From Octopus sinensis (lineage: Eukaryota), in assembly GCF_006345805.1 (NCBI RefSeq), contig NW_021835709.1, positions 1-50,189 of the forward strand: DNA of 50,189 nt, written 5' to 3'. This document shows positions 12,544-24,612 of the stretch, piece by piece (the first letter of the stretch is position 1; each line of letters opens with the position of its first letter). Position numbers and translations under genes: made by a program. The notes under the pieces are model-generated. The model saw nothing but the letters and a program-made list of their open reading frames with translations, had not been told where the DNA came from and ran no database searches.

Positions 12544-12965
12544 GGGATCTTTTCAGTTTTAACAGCAGTTTTTTAAAATAATTTCCACGTAACTAAACAC
12601 TTTTAAACTTCGTATACTGGTAGAATGTGTTTATAAAATATCTTATTCTCTTGGCTTTATTGAGAAAATTCAATAGTTTGTAAGATATTTGTTGGTTTTT
12701 TCTTCAATTTCTGCAATTTCAACCGATCAATGACATCTATTGAGGTGAAAACATTCTGTGCCACATGAATATGTCCCTCGTTTAAGAAACAGATTGGGTT
12801 TATTCACATTTCTGAAGAAAAAAGATACCCTTCCCCCCACCCCTAACCTTAACTCTAACCCTAAAACAGATTGAAATGCAATAGATCGATACTAGGGTCA
12901 TAATTATGGGTGACAATTTCATATGACACCGCTAGAAAAAGGGCCGTTCAAACCGAAAAGATCCC
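12544..12965. mobile_element. Non-autonomous DNA transposon, GGG...CCC termini, 6-bp TSD
   Basis: TIR gggatcttttcagttttaacagc versus gccgttcaaaccgaaaagatccc; identical ATCTTT at 12538-12543 and 12966-12971. Confidence 0.85.
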
Positions 12966-13359
12966 ATCTTTGTATATTATGGTTGTAAAATGAAATACGG
13001 TATCCCTACCAGCAATTAAATTATTTGTATTCAGTTTATACGTGGCTGCAGTCCAATGACTGAAACAAGTAAAAGATGACGATATGTCTTGTATTCCTGT
13101 CTTTGACTAAACTCATTGCTTTGGTTGGTTAAGCTTTACAGTCATCCCCGTGAGTGTTTAGACATTGCAGTTTGAACCGTGTTACAAGATTTCGGCCCAG
13201 GTTTACGGTTTGAGAAGAATCTTCTCAAACCTTTCTCTCTCCACTCCCAGAAGTACAGACGAAGCCATTGAAATATAGATGTGAGACTCTGTTATTTGAC
13301 CAATACCTTCAGTCACTTCGCCAATGCCTTTACTGTTATTTAATCAATATATGTGTATA

Positions 13360-13604
13360 GAGGCGCGTGGCTTAGTGGTTAGGGTATCAGCATCATTATT
13401 GTAAGATTGTGGTTTCGATTCTTGGACCGGGCGACGCGTTGTGTTCTTGAGCAAAACACTTCATTTCACGTTGCTCCAGTCCACTCAGCTGACAAAAATG
13501 AGTAACGCTGCGATGGACTGGCGTCCCGTCCAGCTGGGGAATACATACGTCATTGAAACCGGGAAACCGGGCCCATGAACCTGGCCAGGCTTTAAAACGG
13601 CGCA
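13360..13604 (+). mobile_element. SINE family C (V-domain-like), full length
   Basis: tRNA-like head gaggcgcgtggcttagtggttagg...ggtttcgattc, then gtgttcttgagcaaaacactt and ctgcgatggactggcgtcccgtccag. Confidence 0.85.
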
Positions 13605-13680
13605 TTTATTTATATTTTAGTCAATATATGTAACACTATTTGATCAATATATTCAACATAATTTAACTAAACATTGGATT

Positions 13681-14064
13681 TCGAATTTCAGTACAGGGCC
13701 AGCAGTTTCGGAGGAGGTGATAAATTGATTACATCAACCCCAATGTTTAACTGGTACTTATTACCCCCGATGGAATGAAAGGCAAAGCCGACTTCGGTGG
13801 AATTTGAACTCAAAGCGTTAAGACGGACGAAATACCTATTTCTTTACTACCCACAAGGGGATAAACACAGAGAGGACAAACAAGGACAGACAAACGGATT
13901 AAGTCGATTATATCGACCCCAGTGCGTAAATGGTACTTAATTTATCGAGCCCAAAAGGATGAAAGGCAAAGTCGACCTCGGCGGAATTTGAACTCAGAAC
14001 GTAACGGCAGACGAAATGCCGCTAAGCATTTTGCCCGGTGTGCTAACGATTCCGCCAGCTCGCC
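13681..14064 (-). mobile_element. Composite family A SINE: head, core, tail B, core, tail A
   Basis: Two cores separated by tail B, joined at aaagaaataggtatttcg (13828-13845, minus strand). Confidence 0.85.
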
Positions 14065-14730
14065 GACTTAATTTAACAAAATGTTCAACGTTATTTCACG
14101 AAATATTTAATGTCACATGACCAAAACTACCTACGCTAATTGCCAATAAATCCAATGTCTTTGTAGCAGCATACGTAACATCAGTTAACCGATACAATCC
14201 ACCTTATTGGGCCAATATATTCAGCGTTATTTGATAAAATATTTATCATAATTTTAAAAATATCATTTACGTTTTTTCGCCAATATATTTAATGCTATTT
14301 GACCGATACAATCTGCGCTATTTAGCCAATTCATTCATTCGTCTCTATATATTCCACGTCACTTAGCCAATCTATTTATCCGCCAAATATTCTACATTAT
14401 TTAGCCAATCCATTCCATGCTGCGTGATGATATTTAGCTAATACATTCAATGTTCTATGACCAGTGGCCAACAATTGTTGTAAAAAGTTTGGGCGAGCAT
14501 TTATTAGGAAAAATTATAAACGAACGAACTCAGCTGGAGTACGGATATTGGGGTATAAATTTTGATCTATAATTGGTATGATTTTGTCAAATCAGGGATT
14601 TGATATTTTTTTAAATTTCAATATTTTGTTGATGAAAGATGAAATCGGACACACATCTTGGAGCAACAGAAGTAAATCTAGGGCTTTACTGATTCAGTAG
14701 TTTTTATCTATGGTTAGTCCACATCGCTGT

Positions 14731-14958
14731 TTATGGAGCATAGGACCGGTTTTTCGATTTCTCTGGCGTATATATATTCATCCTGGACGGGACGCTAATC
14801 CGTCGTAGGGTTGCTCATTTTTACCAGGTAAGTGAACTGGGGTAACTTGGAATGAATGGTTTTGCTCAAGAACACAACGTATCGCCCAGACCAGGAGTCG
14901 AAACCAAAATCTTACGATCCTGAGTCCAACACCCTAACCATTAAGCCACGCGCCTCCA
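14731..14958 (-). mobile_element. SINE family C
   Basis: Reverse complement of the 13360-13604 type: tggaggcgcgtggcttaatggttaggg...ggtttcgactcc...gtgttcttgagcaaaacc. Confidence 0.85.
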
Positions 14959-16146
14959 CAGTCTTTATGCTCTTCATTGCTTAATCTTTCTCAAGATTTG
15001 TTTATAGTCATTTTTTGTATTACCACAGACCAGAGGGAGGAAGAGTGGTAAAATTAATGCTATAGATCCTGTTTAGGATACTTACTTTGTAAACCCCAGG
15101 ATGAATAAATGTAAAAATTCTCGTAGTAGGACCGGAAACACAAGACAAAAACAGAAGCGCTGGCCTCGTTTAACCATTTCAACTCCCCTGTCACCATCCT
15201 TGTTTAATGCACATAAGTAGCTGCATCTTGTTATTGTTGCATTTAAATGTTAAAGGTGAACAAATATTCTTTAACACCATTGCAACATTTACAGCATAGA
15301 GTGATGGTATTTTCTGAAACTTTCCCCCGCTTCGTCCTTGTTCATTACTCAAGTGTCAATACATTTGCAGCCATTTACTAAGTTGTTTCCGCTGCACTAT
15401 TTACAAACAGAATAATAGATATTTTTTCTTACATTCCATCTCCTTAATTAAATATTTAATTTAGTGTAATTTCTTAGCATCAAAGCTTTCCGAATAACCA
15501 TTAGAATTATTCGCCATTGCTCTACTAATTATCGTAATATACTACGCTTTTCTTTTCCATGTTTAAATTATAAATTATTTGCTTTGTAACCTAGACTTTG
15601 TTTTTCTTTCTTGCCCAATAATGTTCCACAGGGACTTTGCACTGCATCTTTCATTGACGAGGACAATTTTCTAACTGTGCTATAGAACTTAGTGTAACTC
15701 AAATTTGATATAATAACTTTGTCGTGTTATTCCAACTACTGCAGACTCTTGAGTAATCGGAATATTTATTTTATTTTATTTTTAGTTCTGCCAGGTGGTT
15801 TCCTCGGGGTAAATTTTCCATCCAGTTTATAATACATTCAAATTATTACTTCAATGTATTTATTGGTTATAGTCAGATATTGTATAACAAACGTTGATAA
15901 TTCTGACAGAGTTAATCCTTCTCACACAAGCAATATATAGTTTTGGATCGATCTGTTCTGCAATTCCGTTCACAAACGGTTGCTAACCAAAATCCTTTGA
16001 AAAGTATTTCTTTAACGGGTTGTATGTAACGCCCTCTTAGAAGACACTCTGATTCGTCTGAACTGTTGTGACTAATTACAACCAATCATTACTATTTTTA
16101 AAGACTTTGCCGAATCATAGTGCTAGTCATAAATAAAATATTATAT

Positions 16147-16220
<74 letters not shown>

Positions 16221-16228
16221 GCATATAT

Positions 16229-16273
16229 GGTACAGGACGTCACCAACGATGCAAATAACATGAAATACGTAAA
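16229..16273 (+). repeat. Terminal fragment of the microsatellite-associated element at 28572-28865
   Basis: ggtacaggacgtcaccaac..aacatgaaatacg matches the reverse complement of about 28820-28862; follows (TA)n. Confidence 0.65.
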
Positions 16274-17308
16274 TACAGAGAAAGGACACACTGTGCATAC
16301 AAAGTCATCTAGCCAGTCGCAGCTTTTAGCTAGCCTTATCGCCGTGTGAGTTCACAGGAGAAGATCCAAACTCCATCAAAATAAAACGTATTTAGTTCTA
16401 CTATTGTACTGAGTAGGCAACACTAAGCGCGTATATATACACTAAGCGTGTATAATGTATCATATATGAGTTGGGTGATATAAGGAGGATGACTTGGTAT
16501 GAATATGTCCCACGCTTTTGCTAACTGTTTTGGGTGTTCTTTGCACTGATAAGGAGTCGTCTAGACTCCTCAAGACCCCCAGCATCCTTGTTCTTATAGA
16601 ACACCTAGGACGTGACAGCTAGAAAGGATAGAATGATAGGACAGCACTAGGATGGTATTACGTTTACGAAGCACGAAAAGATTTTTTTTTAAAGGTAAAC
16701 AAAATGTAAGGAAATTAAAAAAAAAAGGAACGCAAAGATGACATTGTCGGTATTTGAACTCAAGTCGTAGACTTTCGGATCATGTGTTGCAACGGAGTCG
16801 AAGAAAGTAATATAATAGAGAGAGATTACGGGGAAAATAAATCAGGGAGAAATGATTAAAATATTTGGAGAACCATGTTGAATAATGAAATAAAATCTTC
16901 AGATTGATAGAAATATAAGGTTTCTGCAAGTTTCTATGACATATTAGGAGATCTTACGAATGAAATTTTAAACGGATTAAAGTTTTCGACACTGTAAGCA
17001 CCATTTTGAAGCGGGAATATCGGAATATAATCACAAATGGGATTTAAATACCGCATTTATCATTCGGCAGACGACAGTTATGCTTCTAAGTATGTGAGAA
17101 AGTGCTGGCCTATCCTTTTCTCTCTGTCTCTTCAATTATGTAATTAAATTGTAATGTTTAGCTGCGTTTTTTTTTTAAATTCATATCTATAAAATAAACG
17201 TTGAACCACTTAGCGTAGTAGGAGGATAAGCCAAGACTGTGCATGCTTCCACATATGTTTATACATACGTGCAAGTGTATGCATGTGTAGCGAAGGTGCC
17301 GGTGGGGG

Positions 17309-17458
17309 GATGTGTGGTAAGAAGTTTTCTTCTCAACCACATGGTTCCGGATTCAGTTCCACCGCGTGGCACTTTGGGTAAGTGTCTTCTACTACTGCCT
17401 CGGATTGACCAAAGCCTTGGGAGTATATTTGGTTGATGGAAACTGAAGGAAGCCCGCC

Positions 17459-17460
<2 letters not shown>
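17309..17460 (+). mobile_element. SINE family B, head and core, ending in (AT)n
   Basis: tgtgtggtaagaag...ggttccggattcagttcc...ctttgggtaagtgtcttc...gaagcccgccg. Confidence 0.85.
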
Positions 17461-17515
<55 letters not shown>

Positions 17516-17599
17516 CACACACGCATACGTGCATACATATATAGAAACATATATATATATACATACATACATATATACATACACACATATGTGTAAGAT

Positions 17600-17950
17600 T
17601 AGTATGACCAGATAGTTAAGAAGGTTAGGTTTTCGAGTACAAGGTTCCGGTTTCGGTCTCATTGCGTGGCCATCTTCGGCAACGAGGTATTTTCTGCAGA
17701 CTCAGGTTGACACACACCTTATGGGTGACATTGGGTAGACGGAAATTGTATAGAAGCCCGTCGGGTGGATTGTACCCGTAATTCAAAAACACCGTCTTAT
17801 GGCATACGCCGTGTCAAGCTGATTCTCCTCGAGAACTTCGTTATGGGTACACAATATCTGTGGAATACGCATCCACTTACTCGTTAATTCAAGAGTAGGC
17901 AGTTCAGTTGATCCAACAACTGAACCGCCATCGTCGGATGATGCTGATCA
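17600..17950 (+). mobile_element. Diverged family-B-related SINE with alternative tail
   Basis: gtagacggaaattgtatagaagcccgtcg core end; tail gttcagttgatcc.. recurs inverted at about 18474-18540. Confidence 0.55.
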
Positions 17951-18207
17951 GAGCGCACACCTTCCCCCCCCCCACCACCACCACAAGACACACACACACA
18001 AAGAAGCGTATTAATAGACAGATTCATGCAAACGTATATAAATATTTATGTAATTATCATTATTATTATTAATATTATTATTTATATCAGGTTAGTGCTA
18101 ACGCACGAAAAAGGTCGTTGTTTGTTGCTTCTGATAAATATTAATAAATACGTGCGCGCGCACGCACACACACACACCTATTTATAAAACTTTAAAAAAA
18201 GCTAAAC

Positions 18208-18475
18208 TACGCATATGGCTTAGTGGTTAAGAGCGCGGTCGACTAACTCCAAGATTCCGAGATCGATTCCTGGCAGTGACATGAATAATAATAACAACAA
18301 TAACAACATCGAAAAATATCTTAGGAATGAAACAGAGGTTCGAAATTTCGCCAAGACACCTGATGAAGGTTGGAGGTTGGAGGATATAGGAGCCTAAACA
18401 GAAAAGATGAGTTAAGAACAAAAAAGATGATGATAAATATCCGTCAAATGTAAATAATGTAAATAATATCATTCC
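18208..18475 (+). mobile_element. tRNA-headed SINE (family D) with degenerate hammerhead-containing tail
   Basis: A box TGGCTTAGTGG (18216-18226), B-box-like GATCGATTCC (18261-18270), then a tail homologous to 20551-20735 including GACAC-CTGATGA-A (18355-18367). Confidence 0.75.
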
Positions 18476-18550
18476 GTCAGTTACGACGACGAGCGTTCCA
18501 GTTGATCCGATCAACGGAACAGCATGCTCTTGAAATTAACATTCAAGAGC

Positions 18551-18588
<38 letters not shown>

Positions 18589-19110
18589 TATATATATATA
18601 CATGTGGTGGAGGGGCGTTCTAAAGCGCGTGTAAGGATGTATATTATTCAAGGGAGATAATTATTTCTTTAAAATCTTTGGTGGGATAAGAATATTGAAG
18701 TTGAAATCAAAGAATAAAGAAGAACATATATAAAATCTTTTATAGACTGCTATAAATAAATAAATAGATAAATAAATAAATTAATAAATAAAGAGAGAAA
18801 GTAGGCGAGAGGGAGAAAGGGGGAAAGAAAGAAATATTCTCGTTTAAGTAGTCTCATTACTTATTTAATCTGCCTACACATTTGCAACAGAAAAATTCCT
18901 ACTGACGAAAATAATGATGATGATGATGACGATGTTATTGTCATTTTCGTTGTTGTTGGGGAGAGGGCGGTGGCGTCGCCGTCGGAGGTGAAGGTTTTTG
19001 GTGCCAATGGTTTTTGCGGTGGAGTGATGATGATTGCTACCATAATAGTAGTAGTAGTAGTAGTAGTAGTATAGTAGTAGTAGTAGTAGTAGTAGTCGTA
19101 GTAGTAGTAG

Positions 19111-19142
<32 letters not shown>

Positions 19143-19209
19143 ACGAAGCTTACATCGATAATTATAAACCGCTATGATGACATACTTGTTGATGTTTCGC
19201 TACAATTTA

Positions 19210-19244
<35 letters not shown>

Positions 19245-19660
19245 ATATATTATATATATATATTTACCCCGTAGGAGTGGCTAATGTTGATTAGTGACTA
19301 ATTACAAACCTCTCTGTGATTACACTTATGTTTCCGGCTCTTAATAAAATATTTACATTCATTTCGAGTCAACGTGCCTAGTAGACACCAACATCCGTTT
19401 AATCCGGCAATATAGTTTTAAAGATGCTACTCTGAAGTAAATACAGAGTGCAAATGATGATCCATACGTTTGTGTATGATTGTTTATTTGTGTTATCTCC
19501 CATTCGGTATTATTAGAAGGTTTGTTCTAACGAGGTCTCAGACGTGATGATCTTCATTTTGAAATGTCTTCTTAGTCACGTGAGTTACTGAAGAAGGAAA
19601 AAGGACTGAAGAAAAATGATTATATATTAGGATGGAAAGAAAGTTGCATAGAATTTCAAC

Positions 19661-20044
19661 ATGGCTGTGTGATAAGCGGCTTGCTTACCAACCACATGGT
19701 TCCGGCACCTTGGGCAAGTATCTTCTACTATAGCCTCGGGCCAACCAAACCCATGTGAGTGGATTTGGTAGACGGAAAATGAAAGAAGTCCGTCGCATAT
19801 ATATGTTCTTGTGTGTGTTGTGTGTGTGTGTTTGTGTGTGTTTGTGTGTCTCTGTTTGTCCCCCCAACATGGCTTGACAATCGATGCTGGTGTGTTTGCG
19901 TCCCCGTAACTCAGCGGTTCGGCAAAGAGACCGATAGAATAAGTGCTGGGCTTACAGAGAATAAGTTCTGGGGTCGATTTGTTCGACTGAAGGCGGTGCT
20001 CCAGCATGGCCGCAGTCAATTGACTGAAACAAATAAAAGAATAA
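19661..20044 (+). mobile_element. SINE family B, near full length
   Basis: Head with internal deletion, ccttgggcaagtatctt core, (TG)n, tail aggcggtgctccagcatggccgcagtcaattgactgaaaca. Confidence 0.9.
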
Positions 20045-20377
20045 CAAAATATAAGAATGAGAAACAAACAAATGTTTCTTCGGTTTCAATTGGTATATTT
20101 AATCAATAAATTATAATATTTAATCAATATAATATTTCCCCTCATTACTGATCTATTTGGCAAATTATCGATGTCTCGGGCGTAATAGTCTTCAACTTTA
20201 GAAGCAAAGACTATTCAATATAATTTTTAACTCCTTCACAATTGACAAACTCTTTTCCAATCGAAATAAAGTTGCAATGCCGTGAATGGATGATAGTCAG
20301 ATGGAGCAAGATCGGGAAAACGAAAAAGTTGTGTCATAATCTTTTCCGGAGTAACTTGGGCAATATACATTATTTAC

Positions 20378-20380
<3 letters not shown>

Positions 20381-20447
<67 letters not shown>

Positions 20448-20463
20448 CATCATCATTATTATA

Positions 20464-20535
<72 letters not shown>

Positions 20536-20550
20536 TTATTTTATTATTAT
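20381..20550. repeat. (ATT)n microsatellite
   Basis: Direct reading; source of the poly-I ORF. Confidence 0.97.
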
Positions 20551-20735
20551 AATATTGAAAATACTTTATGATTGAGAAGTCGGGTTCGAAATTTCCCCAA
20601 GACACCTGATGAAGGCTGGAGGATATATCAGCCGAAACGTTGTGTTAACAACAAACAAGATGAGGACAAATATCCATCAAATGTAAATAATGTAAATAAT
20701 GTACATAATTCCTCATCTTTTAAATACAGAACTGT
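20551..20735 (+). mobile_element. Family D element, headless copy
   Basis: Aligns with 18305-18475 (ggttcgaaattt..ccaagacacctgatgaagg; aaatatcc.tcaaatgtaaataatgtaaataat). Confidence 0.8.
20601..20646 (+). ncRNA. Minimal type I hammerhead ribozyme motif (Penelope-like-element style)
   Basis: GACAC-CUGAUGA-A-GGCUG[GAGGAUAUAU]CAGCC-GAAAC-GUU-GUGUU: stem I 5 bp, stem II 5 bp, intact core, palindromic AACGUU stem III. Activity untested. Confidence 0.7.
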
Positions 20736-22062
20736 AATGGGCAATACATGTTCATCGCATTGTCGTGAAAGATCAACACTCCTTTATGACCGATGGTGGG
20801 CGTTTTTGCTGCAAAATTTGTGCAATGCTTCCAACCGACAACAATATTTCTAATGAACAGTTTGCTTTAACACACCATGAAAAAAATCGACACCATCCAT
20901 ATCTCACGAAACACAGATCACAACGGTTTTTTGGTGCAGTCCTGGTCTGGAGATGTATTTCCGTTTTTTTTTTTTATCAGTGGGTGCTAATCATTGTCAT
21001 TTTCGTTGGATATAATTATAAAGAATCCCCTTTCATCAGCAGTGGGGATTCTACCCAGCAAATGTTCTGTAGCAACCCAATGCCACTGACAAAATATAGG
21101 TCAGCTGAAGCTATCGAAAATGCCAAGTGAGAGGAAGTTATCTTCAAACGATAGTCCTGGCTTAAATGCTTCCAATAGAAGGCACCAAAACTGGTGGTAT
21201 TAAAGCAGGTCAGGAATTAAGTCAACCACCCAGTTAGGAACAAATATCACAAGGCACCGAGTCCAACATTAACACAGTTCCACCAACCCACCGCTTTGGA
21301 TTGGTAAAATTTTTACATCAAAAGAATGACACACAAAGGTATCCTTCCAGAGATTGGATCTCTAGTGCAGGGATTCGGAACAAACACTGCGAGGCTTTCT
21401 ATCCGACATTTTCATGTTTGCTAATTTAAGTGCCTAGAACTCAGAAATATAACTGGATGTAACAAAATATTCGCAAGATATTTTATCCGATGCTTTAATG
21501 ATTCCGCCCTAACAACCACGCTCTACCAACTGATTATGCTAATTTTGGGAGCTAACGAGAGAACGTTACGCGTGGTCGCTCAACAAGTAATTAAGAGCAG
21601 GTACATCTTCCTCAAGCCGCCTTTAAAAGAAAGAAGCACACAGGAAGATCTTGCTGATGTTGAAGGGAAGTGATCATAATTATAAGTATTTTGATTATAT
21701 TTAACAGAGCTCTGGTGATCAGTGATCACGAGGGGTCACCCAGCAATGATATCAACGTCATTACCAACAACAAAGTCTAGCATTTGTTTTGTTTGCTTTT
21801 TATGTTCGTTTTCTTTTATTTTTGTTATTTTTATTCTTGTAATTCCTCAGTTGAAAAAAAGTTAGTGAACACGACACCGAACCCACCTCTCCCAACTCCC
21901 ACAAAGTCTTCATGGAGAATCTCGTGTTTCCATGTTTGAATTGGTTTAATGAAAGAAAGACGTGAGAATTAGCGTGCAAGATATGCCCTTACAGATTATC
22001 TTAGGTTATGAGGAACATATAACGAGTGATATCACCTGGAAATAATTACACGAGTACATATG

Positions 22063-22124
<62 letters not shown>

Positions 22125-22293
22125 ATATATATATCATACATCATACATCCATACATACATACATACATACATACATACATACATACACACATACACATAT
22201 ACATGGATTTTGGCAGCTGATGATAGCCCATAAACCTAAGGTAATCCCATAAACCGGCCTTATTTAATTTACATATATATACATACATATATA

Positions 22294-22334
<41 letters not shown>

Positions 22335-23024
22335 TAATATATATATATGCATACATATATATATATATAGCATACATACTACATGCATACATACATACAT
22401 ACATACATACATACCTATATCATACATACATATATTTATTTATATATACAAACATGTGTACACATTTATACATATATGTCTGAACATACTTAGATATGTC
22501 TTTCCATATTAATGTATGCGAGTTTGCGGGTTGTTATATATATAGTATATATATATAATATATATATATATGTATATATATATATAAACACTAATCTATC
22601 CGTTTTGGCATAAACTGTTTGAACGACAACAAAATCTAGCTCTCCTTCTTCCCCCCTTCCTTCTCTTTTCTCTCCTCCTCTCCCTGTCTCTCCTTATTTC
22701 TCTGTAATATTCTTCCATATTTTATATTAATCATCTTCCTTGTATTGCACGTTTTTTCTTGTCTGTTTTTGTTTTGTGAGGCTGTTCTTCTGTTTTAACA
22801 TTTTCCAGTTCCAGCTAATTGACAATTTATTTTTATCACTTGTAGCACAAACTATACAAGAGTTCTACAAAACCTCACATGCGCTCATATACTCGATCGT
22901 ACAATACACACACACACACATATGTCTATATATAATGTTCCCCACCCCCGTCTGTCTTGATGGATATAACTACATATATACTAACAAAAGTGTGTGTGTG
23001 TGTGTGTGTATAAATATAAGCGAG

Positions 23025-23348
23025 TATGTATGTATGTAGGAATGTATGTATGTATGTATGTATGTATGTATGTATGTATGTATGTATGTATGTATGTATG
23101 CATGTATGTATGTATATATGCATGCATGTATGTACGCATATAAGCATATATGTATGTGTCTGTATGTATGTGCGCATGCATGTACGTATGTATGTATGTA
23201 TGTATGTAATGTATGTATGTATGCGTCTATGTATGCATGTATGTATGTATGTATGTATGTAGGTAGGTAGGTAGGTAGGTAGGTAGGTAGGTAGGTAGGT
23301 AGGTTGGTAGGTAGGTAGGTAAGTAGGTAGGTAGGTATATGTATGTAT
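23025..23348. repeat. (ATGT)n followed by (AGGT)n microsatellites
   Basis: Direct reading. Confidence 0.95.
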
Positions 23349-23663
23349 AAGGCCAGTGTGTTTTTTTTCTCGATAGATTATAGTTTACACAGTGTGTCAG
23401 GGAGGGGGTGGACCCAAAAAGGGTCTTCTGGAGATTTTGGTGTAATCCAGAAGGGAAAACATACTGTTACGCCCATTAGCACCATGCTGCGAAAATTCTA
23501 GATTACTGAAATAGATAACATTGTAACATCCGAGATATTAAACTAATTCCAATATGTGTAGACATAGCTGATAGTCTTCAGATATGGTTGGTAGGATTTC
23601 GATAGGGGCAGCTAAACGACCGCAACACCACCTACAACAACAACGTGTGAAGCGATAAAAAAC

Positions 23664-23701
23664 GTGAATGCTAACGTCCATTGAAAGACGTTAGCATTCA
23701 C
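23664..23701. repeat. Perfect 15-bp inverted repeat with 8-nt loop
   Basis: GTGAATGCTAACGTC-cattgaaa-GACGTTAGCATTCAC. Confidence 0.9.
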
Positions 23702-23877
23702 ATGCGAAAGTCAAGCTTAACGTCGCATCATTTACATTCAAATATGACGTCTAGCGAATGACAAGCATAAAGATAAGCGTCCCCTATAATTTATGAGCTT
23801 ACCTCGAAAACTTCAAAGTTGTTATTCAACCTAACGTTTTCGTATGATGATTGGTTTGTTATTATTAGACTTGAAGT

Positions 23878-24388
23878 GCGCACCGGACGAAATGCTAGGA
23901 TTTCGTCTGTCGTTACGTGTGAGTTCAAATTCGCCGAGGTCAACTTGCCTTTCATCTTTCGGGTCTAATTAAGTACGCATTACGCTCTGTCGATATATCG
24001 ACTTATCCTAGTCTGTCTTGTTTGTCCCCTCTATTTGCCCCCTTGATAAAGAATTATTTCGTCTGTCGTTATTTCTGATTCAAATTCGCCGTGATTGACT
24101 TTGCTTTCATTCTTTTGGGGTCGATTAATAAGTACCAGTTACGCACTGGGACGATATAATCGCTTAATAATCCGTTTGTCTGTCCTGGTTTGTCCCCTCT
24201 GTGTTTAGCCCCTTGTGGGTAGTAAAGAAATAGGTATTTTATCAGTCGCTACGTTCTGAGTTCAAATTCTGCCGATGTTGACTTTGATTTCATCCTTTCG
24301 GGGTCGATAAATCAATTACCAGTTGAGTACTGGGGTCGATGTAATCGACTATCCTCTCCCCCAAATTTCAGGCCTTGTAGAAAAGATT
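23878..24388 (+). mobile_element. Head-to-tail family A array (core/tail B, core/tail B, core/tail A)
   Basis: Three cores; junctions taaagaattatttcg (24047-24061) and aaagaaataggtatttt (24224-24240). Confidence 0.8.
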
Positions 24389-24405
24389 ATTAGATCTGAA
24401 GACGG

Positions 24406-24612
24406 AGGCAGGCTGGCAGAAGCGCTAGCACGCCTGCAAAGATTCTTGGAAATTTCTTCTGGTTTTACGTCCTGAGTTCAAATGTCGCCGAGGTCGACTT
24501 TGCCTTTTATGCTTTCATGGTCCATGAAATTAATATCAGTCAACAATTGTCATCGATGTGGCTAACTAGCGCTCTCTCCCAATGTCTTAGAGTTTTTCTT
24601 TATAGCAGAAAG
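24406..24612 (+). mobile_element. Diverged family A SINE
   Basis: ggcaggctggcagaagcgctagcacg...gagttcaaatgtcgccgaggtcgactttgcc. Confidence 0.75.

Noticed and set aside
13360-13440. Functional tRNA genes in SINE heads (also 18208, 31000)
   Set aside because: A and B boxes are present, but there is no complete cloverleaf and the heads run into repeat bodies.
15150-15340. Possible RT motif PLSPSLFN on the plus strand
   Set aside because: A single motif; the downstream YADD-like signal needs too many assumed indels.
21023-21051. Hairpin GAATCCCC...GGGGATTC with CTGATGAAA in the minus-strand loop
   Set aside because: The core motif lies inside a loop with no hammerhead stems.
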